Shown here: piece by piece, positions 13,401 to 27,748 of the stretch
Numbering within the stretch: position 1 is the stretch's first letter
Layout: each line of letters starts with the position of its first letter
Origin: Chrysomallon squamiferum
Taxonomy: Eukaryota > Animalia > Mollusca
Assembly (NCBI GenBank): GCA_012295275.1
Contig: CM022676.1
Coordinates: 14,446,001 to 14,510,000, forward strand
Direction: 5' to 3'
Length of the DNA stretch: 64,000 nucleotides
Program-made: the position numbers and the translations under genes
Notes under the pieces: model-generated
Told to the model about the DNA's origin: nothing
Database searches by the model: none
What the model saw: only the letters and a program-made list of their open reading frames with translations

Positions 13401-14422
13401 ACTTATATGAAAGGGTTTCATTCTTTATCTTGATTTTTACTGATAATAGATTCTTTAAAGCAAACAAATCAAATCCACAAATAAGAGAAATCTGTTGACA
13501 TGCAGAAGTAAATAAATCTGATATTGTGAATGTAAACAAACTTAGAAATGGTGATTAATATTTCAAAATTTACTATTCTGTATTAAGCAACATTGCAGGC
13601 ATTTGAAGCAATCAATGATCAGTATGAAACAAGAATAAAAATTATTAAACTGAGACTAGCTATAAAATATTAAACTTGAAAAGAATACAACAGAATAAAC
13701 ATATGTGATAAATTTCTGTTTTCCTGTGCCACTGCTTCTGTCTGAGCTAGCAAACAGTATGTCAGATGTGTATAACAAACACAGTCTTTCTGAAATAGAT
13801 TGCACTATATGTCTGAAATTTTATTTTTGCTACTATTCTGAAAAGCATGTGCTTTATTTTATAATAAAAGTGAATATGTTTTATATCTTAAAAGTTTAAA
13901 CTGTTATTGAAACTGGGAACTATTTGTGTGAAAACCAGGTCCTGTATAAAAATAGTCACTATAATAGTGTGTTCGATTTTCCATAAATTTCCAAAACCAG
14001 TGAGAACCATGTAATATATAAAACACACAAAATTAAAATTTACATCAAAAAAAAAAAAAAAAAAAAAATAAATGACCGTTTATCTATATAATATATCCTT
14101 AACATTTTGTTCGAACTCTTTCTCGTGTTACAGTGTTTCCCCTTTTCCATCATTTCCTGCCTAAAGGAATCTGACACTGTGGTGATTTCTAACAGCACAG
14201 CGATACACTGACCCTCAGCAATCTTTGTTTTAGTACAATGCAACAGATTTTTCAAACATATTAATAGCTTTTTGAAAACTAGTTACTGGATCTGGCATCT
14301 CAAAATTTAGTATAATAAACTGAAATTATATGCCTCACCTGGGTGTCTGCTCTTCTGATGTACATCGTCCCTGTCTGTGACTCCACTGCTCGTGTTTTTC
14401 CTAACCGCAATCTAACCGGCAT
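10440..14422 (-). pseudogene. Unidentified multi-exon minus-strand transcription unit, apparently decayed (pseudogene or lncRNA)
   Basis: First exon 14422-14339 reads MPVRLRLGKTRAVESQTGTMYIRRADTQ|gtgag, next to a CpG-rich stretch (~14340-14660). Further AG/GT-bounded segments at ~13111-13057 (LMQFDLGINAEIVLYGGK), ~12786-12542, ~11088-11022, and a terminal segment from ~10662 ending DGTEMSDDDFIV* near AATAAA. Several contain stops and no family was recognised. Confidence 0.4.
11730..12190 (+). mobile_element. Degenerate Ty3/Gypsy LTR retrotransposon integrase fragment
   Basis: YRQEILSLSHENVFAGHLG*MKT..FCWPGIYHETKEFVKSCELCQKTGKPNQ (HHCC zinc finger), then TRFPETIPL..LTASVVTKVL..LPDEIQSDQGSNFKSKLF (integrase core). 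Contains stops and frameshifts. Confidence 0.9.
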
Positions 14423-15686
14423 GATCCGCGTTGATCACAATCTTTAAATCTCTCTCCGTGGAAAGATGAAATATCCCACTTATTTTATGCTACTGTTCTG
14501 GTTCCTGACCGTCCTGAAAACGATTGTCTTTTACAGATTCCTCTATATTTATCTACTACAACTGAAGTTTTAAAAAGACTTAGATTTGCCGGATGTAATG
14601 TTTATTGTGCGTAAGAGTTATTTCCCCTTGTCATTTATTTACATTGATTTCGTCCCTGGACCAAGAGCATCTGACCAAATGATAGTGTTCCTGAAATAAT
14701 ATTATACACCGTAAAAAAGTAATGATATATGTGATTATTTTAAAGAATTTATGGACGGAAAAATTATTTTTTTTTTTTTTTTCAAATCGTTTATAGTTTA
14801 TTTAAAATCGTTTCTAAAATAAAATAAAAAATAAATAAATAAATAAATAAATAAATAAATGTGTTTGTTTTTCAACTTTCTACTCATGAATAAAAGTTGT
14901 AAATTCTTAGTGAACAAAACTGAAAATGATTCTAAAACTTAAAATTTCATTCAAAGATCCTAACTTCTGAAAAATAATATTACAATAATAATTCACAAAT
15001 ATTTATTTTCATGTAAATGATTACAGTTTAAACTGAGCTGCATGTATAAGGTATCAGATAAATGAAAGCTGTGTATGTACTAGGAAAGTTTGGTTGAACA
15101 ACTTATCATTCATGAAGAAATAGGTAGTGCTATTTTTTACTGTTCTTTTAATTTAACCTTGATGTGATTTCTTGTGACAAACTACTATTATTTTAGTAAC
15201 ACACTATTCATTAGATAGTGTTTCTGGTAATGTTGCAAAATAAATTCTAGTCATCACTGTTGTAATATTATTATTTCGTAGAATAAAACCTAAAACGTTA
15301 TCCTGGAGAAACGTAGGCAAACTGCAACTATTGTTTTATCAAAACATTTTCTGGTTTCAATCCTGTATTACACGTGTACTGAAAGAACAGTTAAGTTAAC
15401 CAGTGTATGAAAATAAATACAATCCCAGTCTTGATTAAATTCATCTATCAGTGTTTAACTGGTGTGTTTGTGATTTAATACTAAATTAGTAGAAATAGAG
15501 ATATAATTGGTATTCTCTGGTGATGTAATCAAACAATCTAATTCTGCATACCTCTATACTGAATATAAATATTAATAATAGTGAGAAATATTTCAAATCT
15601 CAAAATTGAATTTAAAAACTATTTTCTTATAATTGTTTTAAAATATATTTAATTTCTATTAGAAATATACGTAATATTTTATTTAG

Positions 15687-15717
<31 letters not shown>

Positions 15718-15851
15718 TTTTTCTACAAAAAATATAGCCAGTACAGTTGAAGTAAAATGCTTGTATTAGTTCAGCTTAAGTTGTATTTGAAAACAATTAT
15801 TTCTTCTAATGTTGTCTCTGTGTGCCAAACATTATTATATAATCTGAGAAA

Positions 15852-15926
<75 letters not shown>

Positions 15927-16446
15927 GAACAGCTTCTTTCCATTAAAATCTATATTCGATATTTGCTGCATTTTACCACAGTGGATCTCAAATGTTATAT
16001 TAATTTTCAAAATATTTAAATTTTCTCCACTTGTTTGTTTCTCTTTTTTCTTTTTTTTTTTTTGTTAAAGTATTAGGATCTTCATCCTGAGTAATGGCTA
16101 ACTGTCACTTGAGATCAGCAACAAACCCACTACCTTGTCACTAACAGTTTTCTCTGATCTATATGATTCCAGATGAACTCTCAAAGCCTGAAGATGAATA
16201 AAAGTAATGAATGTTAATTAGATGTCTTTAAATACATGCAAATATATACAAGTGTTGTAAGTTAAAATTCTGTTGTGTGGATATAAAACATATATTTCCA
16301 GGAAGCAAAATTTAACTAAACTTTTTCAAAAATATAAATCTTTAATGGAGGAATGCATGTATAACAGATTTATGGACAGAGATAGATAAAGAAACACAAT
16401 TATACAGGTAGACAAACAGACAAAATGATACAGATGTAACGAGATA

Positions 16447-16505
<59 letters not shown>

Positions 16506-17328
16506 TAACATTAACAATAAAATAACATAAAAAGTAAAAATGTTTACAGATGGACTCATTCAGACAGTCAGATGCAGACAGAAAGAGAAAGACAGATGAA
16601 GAAAACGACACATTTCATTTCATAAAACAACCATCTAACAATAAAAACAAATGAAATACACCTATAAAAACAATTCCTAACCAAATTAAAACAAAATATT
16701 TTTTACCTACTTTGCCACTTCCATGTTGTCAGTTCATGTTTTGAGTTCTCACTTTAGTAATTTGTCATCTTCAGTTGTCAGCTTCAACTTGTGAATGATT
16801 CTGTACATAGGGAAGAGCACTGATGATTAATATGTTTATTTCACCATCCTGAAATAAATAAATAAATAAATAAATATATAAGTAACTAAATAAAATAAAT
16901 GCATAAATAAAAGATATATACTATGTATTGAAATGCAGGCATTCATACATATCCAAACACATACACACACATTCGCTCTCTATTTATTCATTATTTTACT
17001 AAATCTATTCTAACATATTTAATTAATATTCAATTTTTTTTATTATCTAAAAATAATTTCTTAATTTATTTATAGTAATATCATAGCATTATGTTTAGTA
17101 ACATTATGTGATAAGTGCTTACATTTAATTTTAAATTTCTCAGTCTTGGTTTTGCACCAATCTCAGATCCCTTTTCCCAGTCTGTGTCTGCTTCTGTCAA
17201 GTCTTCACAGTAATAATGTTCTGAAATCATAAAAGTTAATTATAATTATAATTTTATCTGAATAGGATTCAACATTTTCCATATCTTTTATCTCGCATAC
17301 CAACATTCTTAAACAACCCTCCCAACAC

Positions 17329-17382
<54 letters not shown>

Positions 17383-19256
17383 AACACACCCACGCAGACA
17401 CACAGATGTATATGTAATAAGAATATGTGTTAAGCTAGGATGAAATAACAAAGAGTTCTGTTATAGAAATTGTAAATTAAAAACAATAAAAATTAATGTT
17501 TAAATTATATGTCTGTACTTTTTTCAAATCAATGGTTATCATGATTTATATATGTAGAATGATTACAGTTAAAAAAAAATTGTATTTGCATGTTAACATT
17601 TTTTAATATTAATATTTCTTAGTATAAAACTAAATTTATGAATACAAATTGTACAAAGAGAGGAATGTACACAGAATATAATACTAATTATTGTAAAATA
17701 CAAATAATAATTATCATGATAGTAGTAACAACAATAACAATTGAAGAACAAGAATAACAATAATATTAATAATAATAAACTGAATCAAAATTATTTTTAC
17801 TTTTATCATGTATGATTACTAATATTTTACAAGTGTTATCTGTATCTATAACAGAATAAAATAAAATAAAATTACTGAAAATAAACAATTAAAATTATGT
17901 TGTGAATCTCTTGAAGCTGACATCCTGGATCTGAAGACAACAACAGAGTGGATCCACTTCAGTCTGGATCGAAGTACAGAGATCACACAGTCGAAACATT
18001 TATTGAACTCACTGGTGAACCAGAGGCTCTTAATTATTGTTCTAATGTTGTAAGAACAGTTTCAAGGAACATGCACAATGTAAGTTGTGATGAAAATAGA
18101 TACTGTTGTCTTTGTTTTAATATACAATCCTAATAGCTGTGAAACTGTTTCAGTAGATGTATTTCCACACAGACTATAGATAGTTTTATTAAAGTACTAA
18201 TTTGTATATGTATATATAATCTTGAAGACTGTCTAATTTCTATGTATGAAACAGAGGAAAGATAAAGTAATTACACATTTTAAATAAACATGTATTAATA
18301 ATTATAATAAGTAAACAAACTGAATTTAACAGATGATATATGCAAATAGTTAAAGCTATGTTTGACCATCTGTAATACCCTTTTACAGGAAAACATGCGA
18401 TGATGAAATCTTAAAGGTAGTTTTTAAAGTAAATTAGTGTCAGTGATATGGCAAATATGTGTAACAAACACAGATTTTTTAAAATGTGTATCCTTGTCTC
18501 ACTCGTTTCCATTTTTGACTCTGCAGTTTTCACTGATATCTGCAAGATTGTAATATATACAGGCAGCAAGGGAAACTTGAGGTATGAGAAGCAGTGACAA
18601 GTGGGTGCTTCCCTTTCATAAACACAGAGGCAGCAAGACAGAATTTTGAACTTTATTCATGCTTTGTTAACCTTTTGGCAGCTGGGTGTTATAAACTTCT
18701 TTTCTTCCTTGTCTTTGACACAATCATTATACAGTGTAATCTCTGCCATAAACAGTGAATTTGTGTAATATACAACACAGCTTACAACTTGTATTCATGT
18801 AATTACATGATTCTGTCTTTAATTAGGACTCAGGTGAACACTCAGACAGAAAGAAGTGTCATTCAACATACTGACCAGTGACAGGTGACAAACAATATCA
18901 TCTTGATGAATCAATAAAAACAAAACATTTGTGTTTCACTGGCAGAGTGTAGTAACAAGAGCAAATGGAGGATTTTCAGACTAGAAAACATAAAGGACAT
19001 TAACAGCAAATAAAAGCAGTTCCTTAGAATACAGTGAAATGATTACAGTGACAATGTATGTTTGTAAATAATGTATTGGTTGTCAAACCTCTTTGTATAA
19101 ACAAGTAACAAAAATAATATGTTTATTAAACAGCATTAAGTTTGAACTACACTGAAGATATAGCTAAGTGGACAGTTTCAGTTACAAAAATGCTTAAGCA
19201 GCAGTTTGAAATCAGGACTACATTTTCCATCTGTCCTTTAACTATTACAACCTCTT

Positions 19257-19290
<34 letters not shown>

Positions 19291-19522
19291 TGTGTGCGTC
19301 ATTCATAAACATTTCATTATATTGTCATAATCTGATATGAACCATCACAATATCATACATAGAACATACACCAGTTACAATAACAGATATGATGACCTAT
19401 TTAACATAATTCTTCAGATTTATTTTGCTACATCTCCTAGATTGGTTATGTTAATCCATTAACTAAATATTTTATCATGTTTATTAGTTTTACTGATTCT
19501 ATATCACTACTTCAGTACTTAC

Positions 19523-19691
19523 TGTGACTAAATCAGCTGATTCCCACGTCGTGATTATGACTACAGTTGTTGTCACCCCAAGTAGAGAATGAACAATAGT
19601 CTACACGTTCTTCATCTCCCTTACAGTCAAGTCCATCAAACCAAATAGGTCCACTGCCTTGTCCAAACTGAGATGCTCCAAAGACAGAAAC
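19523..19691 (-). pseudogene. C-terminal half of a scavenger-receptor cysteine-rich (SRCR) domain, pseudo-exon
   Basis: VSVFGASQFGQGSGPIWFDGLDCKGDEERVDYCSFSTWGDNNCSHNHDVGIS*FSH|gtaagt matches the SRCR consensus FGxGxGPIWLDxxxCxGxExxxxxC...WGxxNCxHxxDxGVxC. The last Cys codon is TGA (19533-19535). Not in the ORF track. Confidence 0.9.
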
Positions 19692-19703
19692 TCAGAAACT
19701 AAT

Positions 19704-19895
19704 TTGTCGGGCGTCAAGCAACTGAAATGTGAGTTGAACACATCAGTAGATGTTTACAGTAAGGAAACACGAGACGACGCTGATGATGACGTCGCAGGGG
19801 TGTTCGTCGACATAGAGGACGTTAGAACAGAGGAAAGAGAAAACTACTTCACTGACGACTTTTCAGACGTCTACACACAGATCAGTGAACTGTGA
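19704..19895 (+). pseudogene. Orphan, 5'-truncated terminal exon of a receptor cytoplasmic tail with tyrosine motifs
   Basis: LSGVKQLKCELNTSVDVYSKETRDDADDDVAGVFVDIEDVRTEERENYFTDDFSDVYTQISEL*. SDVYTQI resembles SDLYTQV in the tail at ~33906-33926. No clear splice acceptor. Confidence 0.55.
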
Positions 19896-20992
19896 CTCTA
19901 CGTCGTAGTGTAAGTACTTTTGTGTGTGAGTCTGAGTATCTGTGTATGTGTGTCTGTGTGTGTGTGTCTGTTTTTATTAATATATTTGAATATAAACTAA
20001 TTATACATTATACGTTTAGTAGCTTCTTTATGTGCCTATGTGTGAGTGTCTGTGTGACTGAGTGTGGTGTGAGTGTAGTTGTGTGTGTTTATTTCTGTTT
20101 GAGTATGTGTCTGTGTGACTGAGTGTGGTGTGAGTATAACTGTGTGTTTATTTCTGTTTGAGTATATGTCTGTATCTATGCTTGTATGTGCGTTGTTTGT
20201 GCTTGTACAATATAGGTACTTGTATATATTTTTATTGAACATTAATTCACTTATGTATATTCAGTTTTGTTAGACTGTTTCCATGTGTATTTTTCATTTA
20301 ATAATTTATTTATTTAAAAGTAATTGTCTCCTGAGTCAGTGATTTCCTTTGCTTTATTTTCATTTAATATTACACTTACTTCCACTTTAAGTGTTGTTAC
20401 TACTGCTAGTGCTACTATTACAATTGATTTTCATACCGCCACTACTAAAACACTGCTAGTACTACTGCTACTAGTGTTACAGCTACAGTTAGAAATACAA
20501 ATTACTTAATAGTGCCTCCATTACTATTAATAATGCTACTATTATTTATATCATTTTTGCTACTATAATTAATTAATATTACATTTTCAGTTTTCACTCG
20601 AACGAAAGATGTGGAAGCGAAAACAGATGAAAGGGATGTAACTGCGTTTCGCCAGATTCTCTTGCAATCCCAGGACATAACTTTAGAAAGGGTTATTTAA
20701 TAACAACAACTGAAAAATGAGTATCAGCAAACAAGAACTTTGTAGATAATTCTCCATTAATGTTTAAGTTTCCATATCTAATTAAATGTGTATGTTTAAC
20801 TGCAAATGTTACAGAAACTTAAAATGTTGATTTTACACACAAAATATTTGTTTGTTATGCACTTTCTTCTTTTCATTATTATCACTATTCTTGTTAATTA
20901 TTACTGTAATTGTTTAGTTATTTTTGTTGATTGTTTTTGTTTGCGTTCTTCTGTTATTGTCACTGGGTTCACTGTTGTTGTTGTTGTTGTTG

Positions 20993-21024
<32 letters not shown>

Positions 21025-21177
21025 TCTAATATTGTATTTTCTTTTTACTGTCATTGTTTTCTTTCAGTCATAGCTGATTTCGCTTTTAATTTTGACACAA
21101 ACACAACTGGGTGTGTATGATACAGATAGAAACAGACAGTCAGGTAGTCAGAAACACATGCATATTAAGAGTTTTTG

Positions 21178-21210
<33 letters not shown>

Positions 21211-21254
21211 AGGCTATCGAATGAAGATCAGATCTTTTTTTATTTTTATTTTAA

Positions 21255-24200
21255 TATTGAACACTGATTTGTAGATTTTGTAATACTGAACATCACTGAT
21301 TTGTAGAGTTGTAATATACTGAAACACACTGATTTGTTGAGTTTTACTGAACATCACTGATTTTGTAGAGTTGTAATACTGAACATCACTGATTTGTAGA
21401 GTTGTAATACTGAACACTGATTTGAACATATACTGAACAACACTGATTTGTTGAGTTGTAATACTGAACATCACTGATTTGTAGAGTTGTAATACTGAAC
21501 AGCACTGATTTGTAGAGTTGTAATACTGAACAGCACTGATTTGTAGAGTTGTAATACTGAACATCACTGATTTGTAGAGTTTTAATACTGAACAGCTCTG
21601 TAGAGTTGTAATACTGAACAGCTCTGATTTGTAGAGTTGTAATACTGAACAGCACTGATTTGTAGAGTTGTAATACTGAACAGCACTGATTTGTAGAGTT
21701 GTAATACTGAACAGCACTGATTTGTAGAGTTGTAATACTGAACAGATCTGATTTGTTGAGTTGTAATACTGAACATCACTGATTTGTAGAGTTGTAATAC
21801 TGAACAGCACTGATTTGTAGAGTTGTAATACTGAACAGCACTGATTTGTAGAGTTGTAATACTGAACAGCACTGATTTGTAGAGTTGTAATACTGAACAT
21901 CACTGATTTGTAGAGTTGTAATACTGAACATCACTGATTTGTAGAGTTGTAATACTGAACATCACTGATTTGTAGAGTTGTAATACTGAACAGCACTGAT
22001 TTGTAGAGTTGTAATACTGAACATCACTGATTTGTAGAGTTGTAATACTGAACAGCTCTGTAGAGTTGTAATACTGAACAGCTCTGATTTGTTGAGTTGT
22101 AATACTGAACATCACTGATTTGTAGAGTTGTAATACTGAACAGCACTGATTTGTAGAGTTGTAATACTGAACATCACTGATTTGTAGAGTTGTAATACTG
22201 AACATCACTGATTTTTGTTGTAGTTGAAATACTGAACATAGAGTTGTAATACTGAACAGCTCTGATTTGTAATGAGTTGTAATACTGAACATCACTGATT
22301 TGTAGAGTTGTAATACTGAACATCACTGATTTGTAGAGTTGTAATACTGAACAGCACTGATTTGTTGAGTTGTAATACTGAACAGCACTGATTTGTAGAG
22401 TTGTAATACTGAACAGCACTGATTTGTAGAGTTGTAATGAACTGAACAGCACTGATTTGTAGAGTTGTAATACTGAACAGCACTGATTTGTAGAGTTGTA
22501 ATACTGAACAGCACTGATTTGTAGAGTTGTAATACTGAACAGCTCTGATTTGTAGAGTTGTAATATTGAACAGCAGATTTTGTAGAGTTGTAATACTGAA
22601 CAGCACTGATTTGTTGAGTTGTAATACTGAACATCACTGATTTGTAGAGTTGTAATACTGAACAGCACTGATTTGTAGAGTTGTAATACTGAACATCACT
22701 GATTTGTAGAGTTGTAATACTGAACAGCACTGATTTGTAGAGTTGTAATACTGAACAGCACTGATTTGTAGAGTTGTAATACTGAACAGCACTGATTTGT
22801 AGAGTTGTAATACTGAACAGCACTGATTTGTAGAGTTGTAATACTGAACATAATACTGAACAGCACTGATTTGTAGAGTTGTAATACTGAACAGCACTGA
22901 TTTGTTGAGTTGTAATACTGAACATCACTGATTTGTAGAGTTGTAATACTGAACAGCACTGATTTGTAGAGTTGTAATACTGAACAGCTCTGATTTGTAG
23001 AGTTGTAATACTGAACAGCACTGATTTGTAGAGTTGTAATACTGAACATCACTGATTTGTAGAGTTGTAATACTGAACACTGATTTGTAGAGTTGTAATA
23101 CTGAACATCACTGATTTGTAGAGTTGTAATACTGAACAGCACTGATTTGTAGAGTTGTAATACTGAACAGCACTGATTTGTAGAGTTGTAATACTGAACA
23201 GCACTGATTTGTAGAGTTGTAATACTGAACAGCACTGATTTGTAGAGTTGTAATACTGAACATCACTGATTTGTAGAGTTGTAATACTGAACAGCATCTG
23301 ATTTGTAGAGTTGTAATACTGAACATCACTGATTTGTAGAGTTGTAATACTGAACAGCACTGATTTGTAGAGTTTTAATACTGAAACATCTGTAGAGTTG
23401 TAATACTGAACATCACTGATTTGTAGAGTTGTAATACTGAACAGCTCTGATTTGTTGAGTTGTAATACTGAACATCACTGATTTGACTGAACAGCACTGA
23501 TTTGTAGAGTTGTAATACTGAACAGCACTGATTTGTAGAGTTGTAATACTGAACATCACTGATTTGTAGAGTTGTAATACTGAACATCACTGATTTGAGT
23601 TGTAATACTGAACACTGATTTGTGAGAGTTTAATACTGAACAGCACTGATTTGTAGAGTGTAATACTGAACATCACTGATTTGTAGAGTTGTAATACTGA
23701 ACATCACTGATTTTAGAGTTGTAATTGAACAGCACTGATTGTAATACTGAACTGAACAGCACTGATTTGTAGAGTTTGTAATTTGAACAGCACTGATTTT
23801 GTAATACTGACTGAATCTGATTTGTAGAGTTGTAATACTGAACAGCACTGATTTGTAGAGTTGTAATACTGAACATCACTGATTTGTAGAGTTGTAATAC
23901 TGAACAGCACTGATTTGTAGAGTTGTAATACTGAACAGCTCTGATTTGTAGAGTTGTAATACTGAACATCACTGATTTGTAGAGTTGTAATACTGAACAT
24001 CACTCTGATTTGCACTGATGAACATCACTGATTTGTTGTACTGAACACTGATTTGTAGAGTTGTAATACTGAATTTGATAGAGTTGTAATAACATCACTG
24101 ATTTACTGAACAGTTGATTTGTAGAGTTGTAATACTGAACAACACTGATTTGTTGAGTTGTAATACTGAACAGCACTGATTTGTAGAGTTGTAATACTGA

Positions 24201-25375
24201 ACATCACTGATTTGTAGAGTTGTAATACTGAACAGCACTGATTTGTAGAGTTGTAATACTGAACATCACTGATTTGTTGAGTTGTAATACTGAACATCAC
24301 TGATTTGTAGACTTGTAATACTGAACATCACTGATTTGTAGAGTTGTAATACTGAACATCACTGATTTGTAGAGTTGTAATACTGAACATCACTGATTTG
24401 TAGAGTTGTAATATTGAACAGCACTGATTTGTTGAGTTGTAATACTGAACATCACTGATTTGTAGAGAGTTAATGATTTCACTGATTTGTAGAGTTGTAA
24501 TACTGAACATCACTGATTTGTAGAGTTGTAATACTGAACACTGATTTGATTTGTAGAGTTGTTACTGAGTTGTAATACTGATTTCTGATTTGTAGAGTTG
24601 TAATACTGAACAGCACTGATTTGTAGAGTTGTAATACTGAACAGCACTGATTTGTTGAGTTGTAATACTGAACATCACTGATTTGTAGAGTTGTAATACT
24701 GAACAGCTCTGTAGAGTTGTAATACTGAACAGCTCTGATTTGTAGAGTTGTAATACTGAACAGCACTGATTTGAAGAGTTGTAATACTGAACATCACTGA
24801 TTTAATACTGAGAGTTGAGTTGTAATACTGAAACTCTGATTTGTAGAGTTGTAATACTGAACATCACTGATTTGTAGAGTTGTAATACTGAACATCACTG
24901 ATTTGTTGAGTTGTAATACTGAACAGCACTGATTTGTAGAGTTGTAATACTGAACAGCACTGATTTGTAGAGTTGTAATACTGAACAGCACTGATTTGTA
25001 GAGTTGTAATACTGAACATCACTGATTTGTTGAGTTGTAATACTGAACATCACTGATTTGTAGACTTGTAATACTGAACAGATCTGATTTGTAGAGTTGA
25101 ACACTGAACACTGATTTGTAGAGTTGTAATACTGAACAGCACTGATTTGATTAATACTGAACACACTGATTTGTAGAGTTGTAATACTGTAGAGTTGTTA
25201 CTGAACAACACTGATTTGTAGAGTTGTTTGTAGAACTGAACACACTGATTTGTTGAGTTGTAATACTGAACAACACTGATTTCTACACTTGTAGTTCTGA
25301 ACAACACTGATTTCTACACTTGTAATTGTGAACAACACTGATTTCTATACTTGTAGTTCTGAACGACACTGATTC
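21255..25375. repeat. 31-bp minisatellite array, ~4.1 kb (~130 copies)
   Basis: Unit actgatttgtagagttgtaatactgaac(agc/atc); period checked (gtagag at 21481 and 21512). Edges are degenerate. Confidence 0.97.
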
Positions 25376-25544
25376 CTAGGGGTTTAATTATGAAAGGTAC
25401 AGTGGTAGTTGACAATTGAGTTTGAAATAGTTGACTGTGAACTTCTCTTTCCTGACACTGTAACATCACCAACATCAGAGATGTCATTTGTTGTTGTTTT
25501 GATTAAATAAGACAACATTACGCGAATTAAATAAACATTGAAAT

Positions 25545-25895
25545 ATATTTGTAATGTTTATGTTATAGTTTATTTTTATTTGTGTGATTTGTAAAGTTTG
25601 TGCTGTAGTTATTTTTACTTGTGTGATTTCTAATGTTTGTGCTATAGTTGTTTTTACATGTGTGATTTGTAATGCGAGTGTTATAGCTATTTTGTCTTGT
25701 GTTATTTTTTTTTTTTGTTATAGTTATTTTACTTGTGTTATTTTTAATGTTTAAGCTATAGTTATTTCTACTTGCGTGATTAGTAATGCGTGTGGTATAT
25801 ACATTTTACTTGTATGATTTGTACTGTTTCTGTTATGTTATTATTACTTGTGTGATTTGTAATGTTTCTCTTATGTTAGTATTACTTTTGTGGGT
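25545..25895. repeat. Degenerate ~39-bp tandem repeat (~9 copies)
   Basis: Unit approximately tgtgtgatttgtaatgtttgtgctatagttatttttact; starts at 25581 and 25620. Confidence 0.75.
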
Positions 25896-26122
25896 TATAA
25901 AGTGTGTGTGATTGTTATGACATTTGTTTGTGGTGACTACAAGAATCAACTTGACTCAACCCATCTGTGAATCTCACTTTATGTTGTGTCCAAGTTGTTT
26001 GGTGATGGTGACCAAATATGGCGGATCATATTTGATGTTTGTTTCTTATTTTGATGTAACAATGACATCAAACGGAAATACTTATGACAAAATTATCATT
26101 TATTATTATTATTATTATTCTT

Positions 26123-26153
<31 letters not shown>

Positions 26154-27110
26154 TTATTATTATTGTTATTACTATCGTTGTTGTTTTTCAACTTCATTCT
26201 TTTTCTAATTCTCATCATCATCGTGATCGTCATAGAGTATAACTCAAGACACTTCATTGTCAAACCTCCTGACAACTGTTGCCCTCCCTCCATCTCGTAA
26301 ACCACAACCCTCTTTTGTCTACGCGTAACAAAGGTCACGTCGTGTATGTTGTAAGTGATGACAGGATGAGAGAAAATCAGGAAGTTAACGCAGATATCTG
26401 CTATTTACAGTTCTTACTGTGTGTCATACAATAATCATTAGTCGTGTTACATCTCGAGAAGTCAACTGATCGTCAAGTGAAAAATTCAGAAGAAAAAATA
26501 AACAAAGAAAGATTTAAAACGTGTCTGTTCTCTTGTTTCCGCTAAAAGAAAAGTGATCGAGAATAAAACTGTGCAACTAGTCTAATCACGTGAGATGTGT
26601 ACAGATATTCGGTTTCGTCTGACAGAAAACACGTGAAAGTAAATGTTATTATGAGGGAACATTCTAATAAACATCTGAACACTGGAATAAAGAGTAAACA
26701 GAAAAAGACGACAACGACCTCCACATTTTGAAATTCTCTGAATTCTTTTACTTGTTAACTTTCTTGCAGTCCTCAAAATTTCAGATTTTTAAATATTGGA
26801 AACACAACAGAACGTACAAACAAGCGTTTCAAAGAAAGGCTAAATAGAAGAAAGACAAAAAAAGAAAACTAAGGTGTAAATAAAAAATAATTCAGTTAAG
26901 TGCAGAAATCATGAACAAAGATTATTTAATTGTTTTTGCCATCTTCATCTTCAGTGTTCATAACTACTCTGAAGGTAAGAGAGATGACTTATTTGTTAAT
27001 ATATTTATTTTCAGTTATCGTAATTATTTATTTACTTTCTAATTATGAAGCAGATAATTGAAATACAGAGATGGATAAAGCGCGCAGAGAGATGTACAAG
27101 GACAGAGTGT

Positions 27111-27213
<103 letters not shown>

Positions 27214-27697
27214 ATATTCCTTGTGGCGTTAACAAGCAATCTTCAAGAGATTATCAGTTTTATAATAAGAACACAACTTTCTAATTGGGCAAAGTGTTAC
27301 TGTGTCGTAGCTCCTGACATTTAACTGGTTATATTCCGTGAAATTATTTCATCTGTTCCTGGATCATTGTGATTAAATTACCTTATCCTCCTGATAATAT
27401 AAAATATGTGTAATACAGAATAAATATAATAGTTAATACGTGTAATATAAAAATTTAACCTGCAATAAATGTAAGTTCTTCTTTGAATTGATAGTGTTAA
27501 GTAATAAGTACACAGGTGTTTTGATAGTCAGGATGCGAAAATTAGTCACTGTTATCAGTAAACATGATACTAAAAATAGAAGTATGTTTGGTTAGTTAAT
27601 TGCATGTTAAACTTCTTTTGTGATTATAATTCCAAGGAAGCTGAATGATGGTGAAGCAAATTTTAAACTTACAATCTCTTTATTTAATTATTATTTA

Positions 27698-27748
<51 letters not shown>

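Noticed and set aside
16707-16849. AG/GT-bounded minus-strand segment that might continue the SRCR gene
   Set aside because: The frames checked hit stops and it does not join the SRCR exon in phase.
19533-19535. TGA at the last SRCR cysteine as possible selenocysteine
   Set aside because: The fragment is 5'-truncated with another in-frame TGA at 19692-19694, no SECIS was recognised, and the residue is a structural disulfide Cys. A nonsense mutation is simpler.
21214-25307. Many overlapping minus-strand ORFs (SITTLQISAVQYYNSTNQCC...) and a superficially CRISPR-like regular array
   Set aside because: These are translations of a 31-bp tandem unit that cycles through frames. There are no unique spacers and no cas genes, and the context is eukaryotic.
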